From the NCBI RefSeq assembly GCF_000940845.1, contig NZ_CP010341.1, positions 930,001 to 962,000 of the forward strand: 32,000 nt of DNA, in the 5' to 3' direction. The position numbers and the translations under genes were made by a program. The stretch is from Propionibacterium freudenreichii subsp. freudenreichii. Lineage in GTDB: Bacteria; Actinomycetota; Actinomycetes; Propionibacteriales; Propionibacteriaceae. The notes beneath the pieces were generated by a model. The model made no database searches. It saw nothing but the letters and a program-made list of their open reading frames with translations, and was not told where the DNA came from. Positions 8,175 through 17,291 of the stretch are shown here, piece after piece. The stretch's first letter is position 1. Each line of letters begins with the position of its first letter.

Positions 8175-8483
8175 GTGTACGCGATCGTGCGCAGTGGCGG
8201 CCGTCAGCACAAGGTTGCCGTGGGTGACGTCCTCGAGGTCGACAAGATGGTCGATGAGGTCGGTGCCAGTGTCAAGCTTGAGCCCGTTCTGGTGGTTGAC
8301 GGCAAGGACGTCACCTCCGACAAGGCGGGTCTCGACAAGGTCGATGTCACCGCAGAGGTGCTCGGCCAGACCAAGGGTCCGAAGATCCACATCATGCACT
8401 ACAAGAACAAGACGGGCTACAAGCGCCGCCAGGGGCATCGTCAGCAGTACACCCGTATCAAGGTCACCGGAATCAAGGCCTGA
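8175..8483 (+). CDS. rplU: 50S ribosomal protein L21
   Basis: Listed ORF 8136..8483 trimmed to GTG 8175 (AGGAAG upstream). [24 protein letters not shown]... is the canonical L21 N-terminus. Confidence 0.96.
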   Translation: MYAIVRSGGRQHKVAVGDVLEVDKMVDEVGASVKLEPVLVVDGKDVTSDKAGLDKVDVTAEVLGQTKGPKIHIMHYKNKTGYKRRQGHRQQYTRIKVTGIKA

Positions 8484-8496
8484 GGAGTAAACAGAC

Positions 8497-8760
8497 ATGG
8501 CACACAAGAAGGCTGGTTCCAGCTCTCGTAACGGTCGCGACTCGAACGCCCAGCGCCTCGGCGTGAAGCGCTTCGGCGGCCAGGTCGTCAACGCCGGCGA
8601 GATCATCGTCCGCCAGCGCGGCACCCACTTCCATCCCGGTGAGGGCATTGGTCGTGGCAAGGACGACACGCTCTTCGCTCTCGTGGGCGGAGCCGTGCAG
8701 TTCGGCACCCACCGCGGTCGTCGCGTCGTGAACATTCAGCCGGTGGAGACCACCGCCTGA
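8497..8760 (+). CDS. rpmA: 50S ribosomal protein L27
   Basis: [29 protein letters not shown]... is the canonical L27 sequence. GAGGAG RBS upstream. Confidence 0.97.
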   Translation: MAHKKAGSSSRNGRDSNAQRLGVKRFGGQVVNAGEIIVRQRGTHFHPGEGIGRGKDDTLFALVGGAVQFGTHRGRRVVNIQPVETTA

Positions 8761-8781
8761 TCTCACACCCACATGCATCCT

Positions 8782-8815
8782 GCTCAGGGCCGGTCCTTCG
8801 GGGCCGGCCCTGAGC
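8782..8815 (+). terminator. Strong GC hairpin with UUCG-type loop after rpmA (terminator/attenuator before obg)
   Basis: GCTCAGGGCCGG...CCGGCCCTGAGC is a perfect 12-bp inverted repeat, extended by CC/GG around a TTCG loop. It lies 22 nt after the rpmA stop. No U-tract. Confidence 0.45.
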
Positions 8816-8908
8816 GCGTCCGCCGAGGGGCCTCGCCCGGCGAAGGACGTCGCATGGCGGGGCGCCAACTACACTGGAGCAATCCGCCCAACCACCGAAA
8901 GCTGATAC

Positions 8909-10510
8909 ATGGCTATCCCGTCTTTTGTCGACCGCGTCTCCCTCGAGGTGCATGCGGGTAAAGGGGGCAACGGCTGCGCCTCGGTGCTCCGCGAGAAGTT
9001 CAAGCCGCTCGGCGGTCCCGACGGCGGCAATGGCGGCCGCGGGGGATCGGTGATCCTTCGCATCGACCCCCAGCTGTCGACGCTGGTCGACTACCACCAC
9101 CAGTCGCAGCGCTCCGCCACCAACGGCCAGCCCGGCCAGGGAAAGCACCGCTCGGGTGCCAACGGCGCCGATGTGGTGCTGCCCGTGCCCGAGGGCACCG
9201 TGGTCAGTGACCTGGACACCGGCGAGGTGCTGGCCGACCTCACCGGCGACGAGACCGAGTACGTCGTGGCGCGTGGCGGACGCGGCGGCCTGGGCAACGA
9301 GGCGTTGGCCTCGAAGGCCCGCAAGGCCCCCGGCTTCGCCCTGCTGGGCGAGGAGGGCGACGCCCGCAACATCCAGCTGGAACTGAAGGTGATCGCCGAC
9401 ATCGGCCTGGTGGGCTTCCCCTCGGCCGGAAAGTCCAGCATCATCGCCGCCATCAGCGCGGCGAAGCCCAAGATCGCCGACTACCCGTTCACCACCCTGG
9501 TGCCCAACCTCGGTGTCGTGAAGGCCGGCGACATCACCTACACGGTGGCAGACGTGCCGGGACTCATCCCGGGCGCGTCCCAGGGCAAGGGGCTCGGCTT
9601 CGACTTCCTGCGCCACATCGAGCGGTGCCAGGCCATCGTGCACGTGATCGATACGGCCACCTATGAGCCCGGCCGTGATCCGGTGCGCGACCTCGATGCC
9701 ATCGAGGCCGAGCTGCACGCCCACGGCGGCCTGGACGACCGCCCCCGCCTCATCGTGCTCAACAAGGTGGACGTGCCCGACGGCAAGGTGATCGCCGACA
9801 TGGTGCTGCCCGAGCTGGAGGCGCGCGGCCTGCGGGTGTTCGAGACCTCCGCCAAGACCGGCGAGGGCATGAAGCAACTCGTGTGGGCGATGGCACATCT
9901 GGTGGAGGAGCGCCGCAAGGAGCATCCCGCGCCCTCTGCCGAGCGCATCGTCATCCGTCCCCGCCCGGTGGACAAGAAACCCGCCTTCACCATCAAGAAG
10001 ATGGGCGACGGCGAGGGCGGCTTCGTCTGGCGCGTGCGGGGCGAAAAGCCCGAGCTGTGGGTCAACCAGACGGACTTCGCCAATGACGAGGCGGTTGGCT
10101 ACCTCGCCGACCGGCTCAACCGGCTGGGCGTGGAGGACGAACTGCTCAAGATCGGTGCCGAGCCGCACGACGCGGTGGCCATTGGCGCGGGCGCTCATCC
10201 GGTGGTCTTCGACTTCATCCCGCAACGCGAGATCGGGGCCGAGATCCTGTCGCGTCGTGGCGAGGACCAGCGGCTCAATGAGCTGCGCCCGGCCACCCAG
10301 CGTCGCCGGGCACGCGACGCCGAATACCAGGCAGCCCGCTCCGAGCTCATGGGCGACGACCGCGACGCCGACTGGCGCCGCATCCACGCCGCGGAACTCG
10401 ACAAGCTGCGTGCCGGCGAGGGCGATGACGGCGAGGGGGTCGAGGTCAACTGGGTCGGTCACGACCCGAACGAGGACCTGGAGTCCTATACCGAGGGCGA
10501 TGATGACTGA
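8909..10510 (+). CDS. obg: GTPase Obg/CgtA with long acidic C-terminal extension
   Basis: Obg fold N-terminus [27 protein letters not shown]-domain motifs [15 protein letters not shown] and LNKVD. Confidence 0.96.
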   Translation: MAIPSFVDRVSLEVHAGKGGNGCASVLREKFKPLGGPDGGNGGRGGSVILRIDPQLSTLVDYHHQSQRSATNGQPGQGKHRSGANGADVVLPVPEGTVVSDLDTGEVLADLTGDETEYVVARGGRGGLGNEALASKARKAPGFALLGEEGDARNIQLELKVIADIGLVGFPSAGKSSIIAAISAAKPKIADYPFTTLVPNLGVVKAGDITYTVADVPGLIPGASQGKGLGFDFLRHIERCQAIVHVIDTATYEPGRDPVRDLDAIEAELHAHGGLDDRPRLIVLNKVDVPDGKVIADMVLPELEARGLRVFETSAKTGEGMKQLVWAMAHLVEERRKEHPAPSAERIVIRPRPVDKKPAFTIKKMGDGEGGFVWRVRGEKPELWVNQTDFANDEAVGYLADRLNRLGVEDELLKIGAEPHDAVAIGAGAHPVVFDFIPQREIGAEILSRRGEDQRLNELRPATQRRRARDAEYQAARSELMGDDRDADWRRIHAAELDKLRAGEGDDGEGVEVNWVGHDPNEDLESYTEGDDD

Positions 10511-11672
10511 CCAGGTTCCCTCGGTTGTTCCCGCCCTCGACACGGAGGAGAGCGTGCGCGCGGCGATCGGATCCGCACGGCGCATCGTGGTCAAGATCGG
10601 CTCCTCGTCGCTGTCGAGTGCCCGGCGTGGACTCGACGATGCCCGGTTGGCAGCACTGGTGGCCGCACTGGCCGATGTGCACGACGCGGGACGCGACATC
10701 GTGCTCATCAGCTCGGGGGCGATCGCGGCCGGACTGAAGCCATTGGGGCTCACCCGGCGTCCCCGCGACGTCGCCCACCAGCAGGCCGCCGCCGCAGTGG
10801 GCCAGGGCCTGCTCATTGAGCGATACACCGAGATGTTCGCCCATCGCGACATCCGTGTGGGCCAGGTGCTGCTGACGCCCGACGATGTGGCGGTACGCGA
10901 CAATTACCACAACGCCCTGCGCGCCCTGGGCACCCTGTTGCGCATGGGCGTGCTGCCCGTGGTCAACGAGAACGACACCGTGGCCACCCAGGAGATCCGC
11001 TTCGGCGACAACGACCGGTTGGCCGCCCTGGTGGCGCAACTGGTCCGGGCCGACGCCCTGGTGATCCTGTCCGATGTGGACGCCCTGTACACCTCCCATC
11101 CCGACGATCCGGGCGCACAGGCCATCTCCTTCGTGCCGGACGTCGACGAACTGCGCGTGGACACCCACCGCATCGGCTCTGCGGTGGGAACGGGCGGCAT
11201 GAACACCAAGGTGCAGGCCGCCCAGCTGGCGGCCTCGGCGGGCATCCCGGTGATGCTGGCGCGGGCCAACGCCGTCCTCGACGCCCTGCACGGCGCCCCG
11301 GTGGGCACCGCCTTCGCCCCCGTGGACCATGCCCGACCGCGCCGTCTGCTGTGGCTGGCCTATGCCTCACGGGTGAAGGGCTGCCTCAAGTTGGACGCCG
11401 GCGCGGTGCGCGCGCTGACCAACCGCAAGGCATCGCTGCTGGCGGCAGGTGTTACCGACGTGCGTGGACATTTCGTGGCCGGCGATCCGGTTGAGGTCGA
11501 GGGTCCCGAGGGCGATATCGTTGCCCGCGGACTGGTCAACTATTCAAGCGACGAGTTGCCGTCCATGTTGGGCAAGAATTCTGCCGATCTCGGTGTGGAG
11601 ATGGGTGAGGGCTTCGACCGAGCCGTGGTGCACCGCGACATGCTGGTGCTGATGAACCACCCGGGGGTCTGA
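10500..11672 (+). CDS. proB: Glutamate 5-kinase
   Basis: Listed ORF 10083..11672 trimmed to ATG 10500/10503, overlapping the obg stop. [25 protein letters not shown] and [21 protein letters not shown] are ProB motifs. C-terminal PUA-like region. Confidence 0.93.
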   Translation: MMTDQVPSVVPALDTEESVRAAIGSARRIVVKIGSSSLSSARRGLDDARLAALVAALADVHDAGRDIVLISSGAIAAGLKPLGLTRRPRDVAHQQAAAAVGQGLLIERYTEMFAHRDIRVGQVLLTPDDVAVRDNYHNALRALGTLLRMGVLPVVNENDTVATQEIRFGDNDRLAALVAQLVRADALVILSDVDALYTSHPDDPGAQAISFVPDVDELRVDTHRIGSAVGTGGMNTKVQAAQLAASAGIPVMLARANAVLDALHGAPVGTAFAPVDHARPRRLLWLAYASRVKGCLKLDAGAVRALTNRKASLLAAGVTDVRGHFVAGDPVEVEGPEGDIVARGLVNYSSDELPSMLGKNSADLGVEMGEGFDRAVVHRDMLVLMNHPGV

Positions 11673-11704
11673 GCCACCGATATCGAGGGAATGGGGAACC
11701 CCTG

Positions 11705-12331
11705 ATGGAGTGGACACTGGTCGTCGGCTACCTGGCGGCGATCATAGGGGCGTTCTATGTCCTGCCGCAGACCGTGCACGTGATCCGGGTGGGGTCGAGT
11801 GCCGGCCTGTCGCCGCTGACCTGGCAGCTCCAGGTGGGTGCCTCCACCGGCTGGACCGTGCATGGCTTCCTGACCGGGCAGCCCAATGTATGGGCGTGCA
11901 ACATCGTCGTCCTGTGCTGCGCGGCGATCATCCTCATCGTGATCTGCCGCGACCGCAAGCTGTCGTGGAATGTGTGGGTGTTGTCGGTGCTGGTCGCCGG
12001 TGCGCTCGTCACGGTCGATTCGGTGTTCGGGGCGGTGGCCTACGGCATGCTCATCATCGTCCCGATGACGGTCTCGATGATGATCCAGTTCCAGGCGCTG
12101 TGGGTGGCCCCCGACTTCCGGGGCTACTCGTGGTTCTACAACGCCTTCGCCGGCTTCACCCAGATCCTGTGGCTCATCTACGCCTTCGGGAACCATGAGC
12201 AGGCAATCCAGATCGGGGCCTCGGCCACCTTCATCCTGCAGATGCTGTGCCTTGGCCTGCACATGGTCAAGCGGGCCGGCGTCCAGCTGCCGGGGGTTGC
12301 CGGCCACAAGCCCGCCGTGCCCGCCGGCTGA
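11705..12331 (+). CDS. 7-TM PQ-loop / SWEET-like membrane protein (function unknown)
   Basis: 208 aa with seven hydrophobic segments in a 3+1+3 layout. The first repeat carries a canonical PQ-loop signature, YVLPQTVHVIRVGSSAGLS. The second repeat is degenerate (MMIQFQALWVAPDFRGYS). GGGGAA RBS 7 nt upstream of the ATG. Confidence 0.6.
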   Translation: MEWTLVVGYLAAIIGAFYVLPQTVHVIRVGSSAGLSPLTWQLQVGASTGWTVHGFLTGQPNVWACNIVVLCCAAIILIVICRDRKLSWNVWVLSVLVAGALVTVDSVFGAVAYGMLIIVPMTVSMMIQFQALWVAPDFRGYSWFYNAFAGFTQILWLIYAFGNHEQAIQIGASATFILQMLCLGLHMVKRAGVQLPGVAGHKPAVPAG

Positions 12332-12383
12332 ACGACAGATGGGCCACGGCCTGGCGCCATGGGGGCCCCTGTAGGCTTGAGCG

Positions 12384-13625
12384 GTGGAGGTCTACGAAAT
12401 CGCCAGCCGTGCCCGCACCGCGTCGAGAACACTTGCCACGCTGACGCGTGAGCGCAAGGACGCCGGACTGAGGGCCATGGCCGCTGCGCTCGAACAGTCC
12501 AGTGACCAGTTGCTGAGTGCCAACGCACGTGATGTGGAGGCAGCCGTCGCCGCCGGCACGCCCGACGCGATGATCGATCGCCTGTCGCTCAACCCGCAAC
12601 GCGTCTCCGGCATGGCCCAGGGCCTGCGCGACCTCGCCGGGCTGACCGATCCGGTGGGCCAGGTCGTCCGTGGGTGGAACCTCGCCAACGGCGTGCACGT
12701 CGACCAGCTGCGCGTGCCCTTCGGCGTGATCGGCATCATCTACGAGGCGCGCCCCAATGTCACCGCCGACGCGGCCGGCATCTGCCTGAAGTCCGGCAAC
12801 GCGTCCCTGCTGCGCGGCTCCTCGAGCGCCCTGGAGTCGAACCGTGCGATCGTCACCGCGCTGCGTGAGGGGCTGGTGCGAGCCGACCTTCCCGCCGACG
12901 CCATCAACCTCGTGGAAGGTGGCCATGAGACCACCGGCCAGATGATGCGCGCCCGCGGCAGCATCGACCTGCTCATCCCGCGCGGCGGCGCCGGGCTGAT
13001 CCGCACTGTCGTGGAGGGATCCACGGTGCCCGTGATCGAAACCGGCACCGGGAATGTGCATGTCTTCGTGGACCGCGCTGCCGACCAGCAGATGGCGGTC
13101 GGGGTGGTGCTCAACGCGAAGGTACAGCGTCCCACCGTGTGCAATGCGCTCGAGACCATGCTGGTACATCGCGACATCGCCGCGGAGTTCCTGCCGGTCG
13201 TCGTCGAGGCGCTGGGCGGTGTCGGGGTCACGGTGCACGGTGACGCCGACTCGGTGGCCATCGATCCGCGCATCGTGCCCGCCGGCGAGCACGAGTACGA
13301 GGCGGAGTACCTCTCACTTGACCTCGCCTGCAAGGTGGTCGACGACCTCGACAGCGCCCTGGAGCACATCCGCACCTATTCCACGGGCCACTCGGAGATG
13401 ATCATCACCGATGACGGCATCGCCCAGCACCGGTTCACCACCGAGGTGGATGCGGCCTGCGTGCTGGTGAATGCCTCCAGCCGCTTCGTGGACGGCGGCG
13501 AATTCGGCTTCGGCGCCGAGATCGGCATCTCCACGCAGAAACTGCATGCGCGCGGCCCCATGGGGTTGCAGGAGATGACGACCACGAAGTACGTGCTGAC
13601 CGGCCAGGGCCAGACCCGCCACTGA
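12384..13625 (+). CDS. proA: Gamma-glutamyl phosphate reductase
   Basis: GTG start. GVIGIIYEARPNVTADAAGICLKSGNASLLRGSS, HIRTYSTGHSEMIIT and NASSRFVDGGEFGFGAEIGISTQKLHARGPMG are ProA hallmarks. Confidence 0.95.
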   Translation: MEVYEIASRARTASRTLATLTRERKDAGLRAMAAALEQSSDQLLSANARDVEAAVAAGTPDAMIDRLSLNPQRVSGMAQGLRDLAGLTDPVGQVVRGWNLANGVHVDQLRVPFGVIGIIYEARPNVTADAAGICLKSGNASLLRGSSSALESNRAIVTALREGLVRADLPADAINLVEGGHETTGQMMRARGSIDLLIPRGGAGLIRTVVEGSTVPVIETGTGNVHVFVDRAADQQMAVGVVLNAKVQRPTVCNALETMLVHRDIAAEFLPVVVEALGGVGVTVHGDADSVAIDPRIVPAGEHEYEAEYLSLDLACKVVDDLDSALEHIRTYSTGHSEMIITDDGIAQHRFTTEVDAACVLVNASSRFVDGGEFGFGAEIGISTQKLHARGPMGLQEMTTTKYVLTGQGQTRH

Positions 13626-13698
13626 GGTGCTTTCCCGCGATGACGGGTCGCGACGGTAGGCTATGGCCCATGTCAGCCACGATCGTCGGGGGACAACG

Positions 13699-14469
13699 AT
13701 GACCCAGGGACGTTCAGAATCCGCATCGGATGACGAGGAGGCAGGCCTCAACCTGGGCCTCGTGCGCGCCAACACCTGGCGGCGATATCGCCTCGGCGTC
13801 ATGGGCGGCACCTTTGATCCGATCCACCATGGTCACCTGGTGGCCGCCAGCGAGGTCGCGGCGCGCTTCGACCTCGACGAGGTCGTCTTCGTGCCCACGG
13901 GCGTGCCCTGGCAGAAGGCGGGGCGTCGCGTCAGCAAGGGCGAGGACCGCTATCTGATGACGGTGGTCGCCACGGCGTCGAATCCACGGTTCACGGTCAG
14001 CCGGGTGGATATTGACCGCAAGGGCAATACGTACACCGTGGACACACTCAAGGACATCCGACGCGAGCGCGGCGGCAACCTCGACCTGTACTTCATCACC
14101 GGTGCCGATGCCCTGGCCTCGATCCTCACGTGGCGCGGTGCCAGCGAGCTGTTCGACCTGGCCCATTTCGTGGGCGTGACGCGTCCCGGGGTCAACCTCG
14201 GACAACGCGACTTCTCCCACCTGCCCTCCGACAAGGTCACCTTCCTCGAGGTGCCGGCCCTGGCGATCTCGTCAACCGAGTGCCGCAACCGCGTCGCCGA
14301 GGGACTTCCGCTGTGGTACCTGGTGCCCGATGGCGTGGTGCAGTATGTGGCCAAGCGGGGACTGTACGACGCCAACGACGGGGATGTGCTGGTGCTTGAT
14401 GAACCGGTGGACGAGCGCGGATACACAACGGGCACCGACGAACCGGGCTCGGATGGGAGCAACTCTTGA
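13699..14469 (+). CDS. nadD: Nicotinate-nucleotide adenylyltransferase
   Basis: [17 protein letters not shown] and ISSTECR motifs. Start uncertain: ATG 13699 has GGGGGA upstream, while the listed ORF begins at 13663. Confidence 0.9.
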   Translation: MTQGRSESASDDEEAGLNLGLVRANTWRRYRLGVMGGTFDPIHHGHLVAASEVAARFDLDEVVFVPTGVPWQKAGRRVSKGEDRYLMTVVATASNPRFTVSRVDIDRKGNTYTVDTLKDIRRERGGNLDLYFITGADALASILTWRGASELFDLAHFVGVTRPGVNLGQRDFSHLPSDKVTFLEVPALAISSTECRNRVAEGLPLWYLVPDGVVQYVAKRGLYDANDGDVLVLDEPVDERGYTTGTDEPGSDGSNS

Positions 14470-14849
14470 GCGCCACTGAACATGCCGTCGAGATGACGCG
14501 CGTCGCCGCCGAGGCCGCGCTGGGCAAGCTGGGGGAGGACCTGGTGGCCTTCGACGTGAGCGAGCAGTTGGCCATCGCCGACGTGTTCCTCATCGTCTCG
14601 GGCCACAATGAGCGGCAGGTCGGTGCCATCGTCGACGCCATCCAGGACGCCCTGATCGACCGTGGCGAGAAGGTGCTGCGTCGCGAGGGGCAGGGCGGCA
14701 ACCATTGGGTGCTGCTCGATTACGGCGATCTGGTGGTACACGTCTTCCGCACCGATGACCGCGCCAACTACGCCCTGGAGCGGTTGTGGCGCGATTGTCC
14801 GGAGATCCCGCTGCCGCAGGAGACTCCGACGGCCCGGGAGCAGAACTGA
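14466..14849 (+). CDS. rsfS: Ribosome silencing factor RsfS
   Basis: 127 aa. [21 protein letters not shown] and [14 protein letters not shown] are RsfS/IojAP motifs. The TTG start overlaps the nadD stop (TTGA). Confidence 0.92.
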   Translation: MSATEHAVEMTRVAAEAALGKLGEDLVAFDVSEQLAIADVFLIVSGHNERQVGAIVDAIQDALIDRGEKVLRREGQGGNHWVLLDYGDLVVHVFRTDDRANYALERLWRDCPEIPLPQETPTAREQN

Positions 14850-15457
14850 TGAGCGCGCCCACCCGACTGGTGCTGTGGCGCCATGGCCAGACGGACTGGA
14901 ACCTTGCCGGCCGTTTCCAGGGCCAGACCGACATGCCGCTCAATGTCGCGGGCCTGTCGCAGGCAGAGGCGGCCGCAGGCCATGTGGCGGCCCTGGGGCC
15001 GGAGGCGATCGTCAGCTCCCCGTTGCGTCGGGCGCTGGAGACCGCCGACACCCTGGCCGAACTGACCGGGCTGGCCGTCACCACCGATGATCGCCTGCAG
15101 GAGATCAACGTGGGGCAGTGGTCGGGGCTGCGGGCGGCCGAGGTCTTCGCCCAGGACGAGATCGCCCGGTTCCGGGCCACCGGACAGGACTTCCGCTATT
15201 CGCCCACGGGCGAGACGCGCTGCGAGGTGGGCGAACGGGTGGCGCCCGCGCTGCGCGAGATCGCCGCGGCCCATCCGGGCCAGACCGTGGCGGTGGTGAG
15301 CCATGGCGTGGCCATGCGCATGGGTGCGGCAAGGCTGTGCAACATCGACTATCAGGGCGCCCAGGACCTGGGCACCATGGCCAACTGTGCCTGGTCGATC
15401 CTGGAACCCGGCCAGGGACGCTGGCACATCGTCGATTGGAATGTCAGCGCGTCCTGA
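14849..15457 (+). CDS. Histidine phosphatase family protein (syntenic with mycobacterial glucosyl-3-phosphoglycerate phosphatase GpgP)
   Basis: Listed ORF trimmed to ATG 14849, overlapping the rsfS stop (TGATG). The LWRHGQTDWN catalytic RHG motif and a later SHG are present. The nadD-rsfS-phosphatase order matches my recollection of Rv2421c-Rv2419c. Confidence 0.85.
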   Translation: MSAPTRLVLWRHGQTDWNLAGRFQGQTDMPLNVAGLSQAEAAAGHVAALGPEAIVSSPLRRALETADTLAELTGLAVTTDDRLQEINVGQWSGLRAAEVFAQDEIARFRATGQDFRYSPTGETRCEVGERVAPALREIAAAHPGQTVAVVSHGVAMRMGAARLCNIDYQGAQDLGTMANCAWSILEPGQGRWHIVDWNVSAS

Positions 15458-15516
15458 CGACCAGGTGGGGCGCACGTCCCGGGCCCGACCCGACATCGGA
15501 CACCTAGTCTGGGGCC

Positions 15517-15954
15517 ATGACCGATTCCCGGGCCGAGATCCACGACTACCTGACCCGCTACGCGGCGTCGCTGGCCGCGTTCGATGCGCGGCGGGCCGCC
15601 GGGCTGTGGGGAACCCCCGGAATGATCCTCGACGACCGGTTCGCCGGCATGCTCGAGTCGCGCGAGGCGATGGTCAGGGGCCTGGAGCAGTCCTACCCGC
15701 TCTACCAGCAGCTCGGTCTGGACTCGGTCGGCTTTGAGCTGCTCGACCACCAGCAGCTGTCGGCCACGGTGGTGCTGGTGCATGTGCGGTGGTTGTTCCT
15801 CGATGCGACCGGTGAGCTGCTGACCGACGCGGTGAGCTACTACCTGCTGCGCGCCGACGATGACGGACTCCGCGCCTATGTGTGCATCGAGACCGACTCG
15901 GCCGAGAAGCTGGCGGAGCTGGCCGAACGGCAGGGGATCACGCTGCCCCGGTAA
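15517..15954 (+). CDS. Hypothetical protein, NTF2-like/SnoaL-like fold suspected
   Basis: 145 aa with good GC3 bias. The pattern EIHDYLTRYAASLAAFDARRAAGLW...VLVHVRWLF...YYLLRADDDGLRAYV resembles NTF2-like (DUF4440/SnoaL) domains. No catalytic assignment is possible. Confidence 0.55.
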   Translation: MTDSRAEIHDYLTRYAASLAAFDARRAAGLWGTPGMILDDRFAGMLESREAMVRGLEQSYPLYQQLGLDSVGFELLDHQQLSATVVLVHVRWLFLDATGELLTDAVSYYLLRADDDGLRAYVCIETDSAEKLAELAERQGITLPR

Positions 15955-16068
15955 TCCGCCGAACCGGGCCGTTGGCCGGTCACTGGACGCGACGGGCCTG
16001 CCCGTCCCCGGGGGAACGGGACGGCCGTCGTGGACCCGTGGCTTGGCGCGGCCGGGCAGGATGGACGC

Positions 16069-16989
16069 ATGCAGACAGCGCTGGGCGCCAATGGCCAGAT
16101 CGCCGAAGAACTCACCCGTGAGCTTCACCGCAATGTCACCCACGACATCCGGCTGGTCAGTCGCCATCCCCGCGCCGTGCACGAGACCGACGAGCTCGTG
16201 TCCGCCGACCTGCGGGACACCCGGGCCACCGCGGACGCCGTGGCCGGCAGCGACGTCGTCTACCTCACCGTCGGACTGCCGATGGATTCTGCGATGTGGC
16301 AGGAGCAGTTTCCCGTGATGATGGGAAATGTCATCGCCGCCTGTCGGCAACATCATTGCCGGTTGGTGTTCTTCGACAACACCTATATGTACCCCCGTAC
16401 CGCGGCTCCCCAGACCGAACAGACACCCTTCGAGCCGGTGGGGCCCAAGGCCCGCGTGCGGGCCCACATCACGACGATGCTGCTTGACCAGATGGGCGCC
16501 GGCAACCTCGAGGCCCTCATCTGTCGCGCCCCGGAGTTCTATGGCCCCGGCCGCACGCAGAGCCTCACCAATTCGATGGTCTTCGGGCGGATCGCGAAGG
16601 GCAGGCGGCCCATGGTTCCCGTGAGCGCGCACACCCGCCGCACCCTGATCTGGACCCCGGACGCCAGCAGGGCCATGGCACTGCTCGGCAACACACCCGA
16701 CGCCTATGCGCAGACCTGGCACCTGCCCTGTGATCCGGATCGGTTGACCTATCGCGGAATGATCGCGGTCGCCTCGGCGGCGGTGGGGCGCAGGATCGGC
16801 TACACCACGGTGCCGACGTTGGCGTTCCGCATCGGGGGATTGCTCAATCCGACCGTCCGCGAGGTGGAGGAGTTGCTGCCGCGCTACCGACAGGACAACA
16901 TCTTCGACTCATCGAAGTTCATGTCACGGTTCCCGGACTTCCCCGTGACGAGCTATCGGCAGGGCATCCAGCAACTGGTGGAGGGCTGA
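16069..16989 (+). CDS. NAD(P)-binding SDR-superfamily protein (epimerase/NmrA-like)
   Basis: Listed ORF 16030..16989 trimmed to ATG 16069 (AGGA 8 nt upstream). N-terminal degenerate Rossmann motif ALGANGQIA. The VVYLTVG, LVFFDNTYMY and ICRAPEFYGPG blocks are typical of atypical SDR/epimerases. Confidence 0.7.
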   Translation: MQTALGANGQIAEELTRELHRNVTHDIRLVSRHPRAVHETDELVSADLRDTRATADAVAGSDVVYLTVGLPMDSAMWQEQFPVMMGNVIAACRQHHCRLVFFDNTYMYPRTAAPQTEQTPFEPVGPKARVRAHITTMLLDQMGAGNLEALICRAPEFYGPGRTQSLTNSMVFGRIAKGRRPMVPVSAHTRRTLIWTPDASRAMALLGNTPDAYAQTWHLPCDPDRLTYRGMIAVASAAVGRRIGYTTVPTLAFRIGGLLNPTVREVEELLPRYRQDNIFDSSKFMSRFPDFPVTSYRQGIQQLVEG

Positions 16990-17069
16990 TGGTGGAACCC
17001 TCCCTGCCGCGCGGGACAATAAGACGTGGGGGACGGCAGGACGTGGGGGCGAAAAAACATGGGGACGGC

Positions 17070-17096
17070 AAAAGACCCCCGAACGAAGCGGGGGCC
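17070..17096 (-). terminator. Rho-independent terminator of tRNA-Ala
   Basis: On the minus strand: CCCCCG-cttcgtt-CGGGGG followed by TCTTTT, with a further TTTTTT 20 nt on. It lies about 20 nt downstream of the tRNA 3' end. Confidence 0.6.
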
Positions 17097-17116
17097 TGAG
17101 CACTGCGTCCTACTTG

Positions 17117-17189
17117 TGGAGCTAAGGGGATTCGAACCCCTGACCTCTTCCATGCCATGGAAGCGCGCTACCAACTGCGCCATAGCCCC
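17117..17189 (-). tRNA. tRNA-Ala (anticodon GGC)
   Basis: The reverse complement GGGGCTATGGCGCAGTTGGTAGCGCGCTTCCATGGCATGGAAGAGGTCAGGGGTTCGAATCCCCTTAGCTCCA folds as a cloverleaf. It has a 7-bp acceptor stem with the G3:U70 Ala identity pair, anticodon loop AT-GGC-AT and T-loop TTCGAAT. CCA is not encoded. Confidence 0.93.
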
Positions 17190-17232
17190 AAACTGTTGGG
17201 CCGCTGCCCTTCTGCTTCGCAGCGACCCGGAT

Positions 17233-17261
17233 AGATTACCGCGAGACGCACGGCTTGCCAA
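17233..17261 (-). promoter_or_regulatory. Candidate promoter of tRNA-Ala
   Basis: On the minus strand: TTGGCA (17261-17256), 17 nt, TAATCT (17238-17233), about 45 nt upstream of the mature tRNA 5' end. Confidence 0.45.
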
Positions 17262-17291
17262 ACCGGGGCGTCCACCAGGTGCCCCCGCGGC

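Noticed and set aside
8603-10903. 766-aa ORF on the minus strand
   Set aside because: It lies entirely antisense to unmistakable obg and proB. The composition is Ala/Gly/Arg/Val-rich, as expected for a shadow ORF in a high-GC genome, and no recognisable motifs are present.
16990-17075. 6C-type small RNA (C-rich loops) on the minus strand
   Set aside because: C-rich blocks exist, but I could not fold two stable stem-loops presenting C-rich loops. The region is better explained as terminator plus duplicated motif.
15517-17189. tRNA-Ala-associated genomic island (NTF2-like and SDR genes at the tRNA 3' side)
   Set aside because: There is no integrase, no direct repeat of the tRNA 3' end near 15460-15520, and no compositional shift visible by eye.
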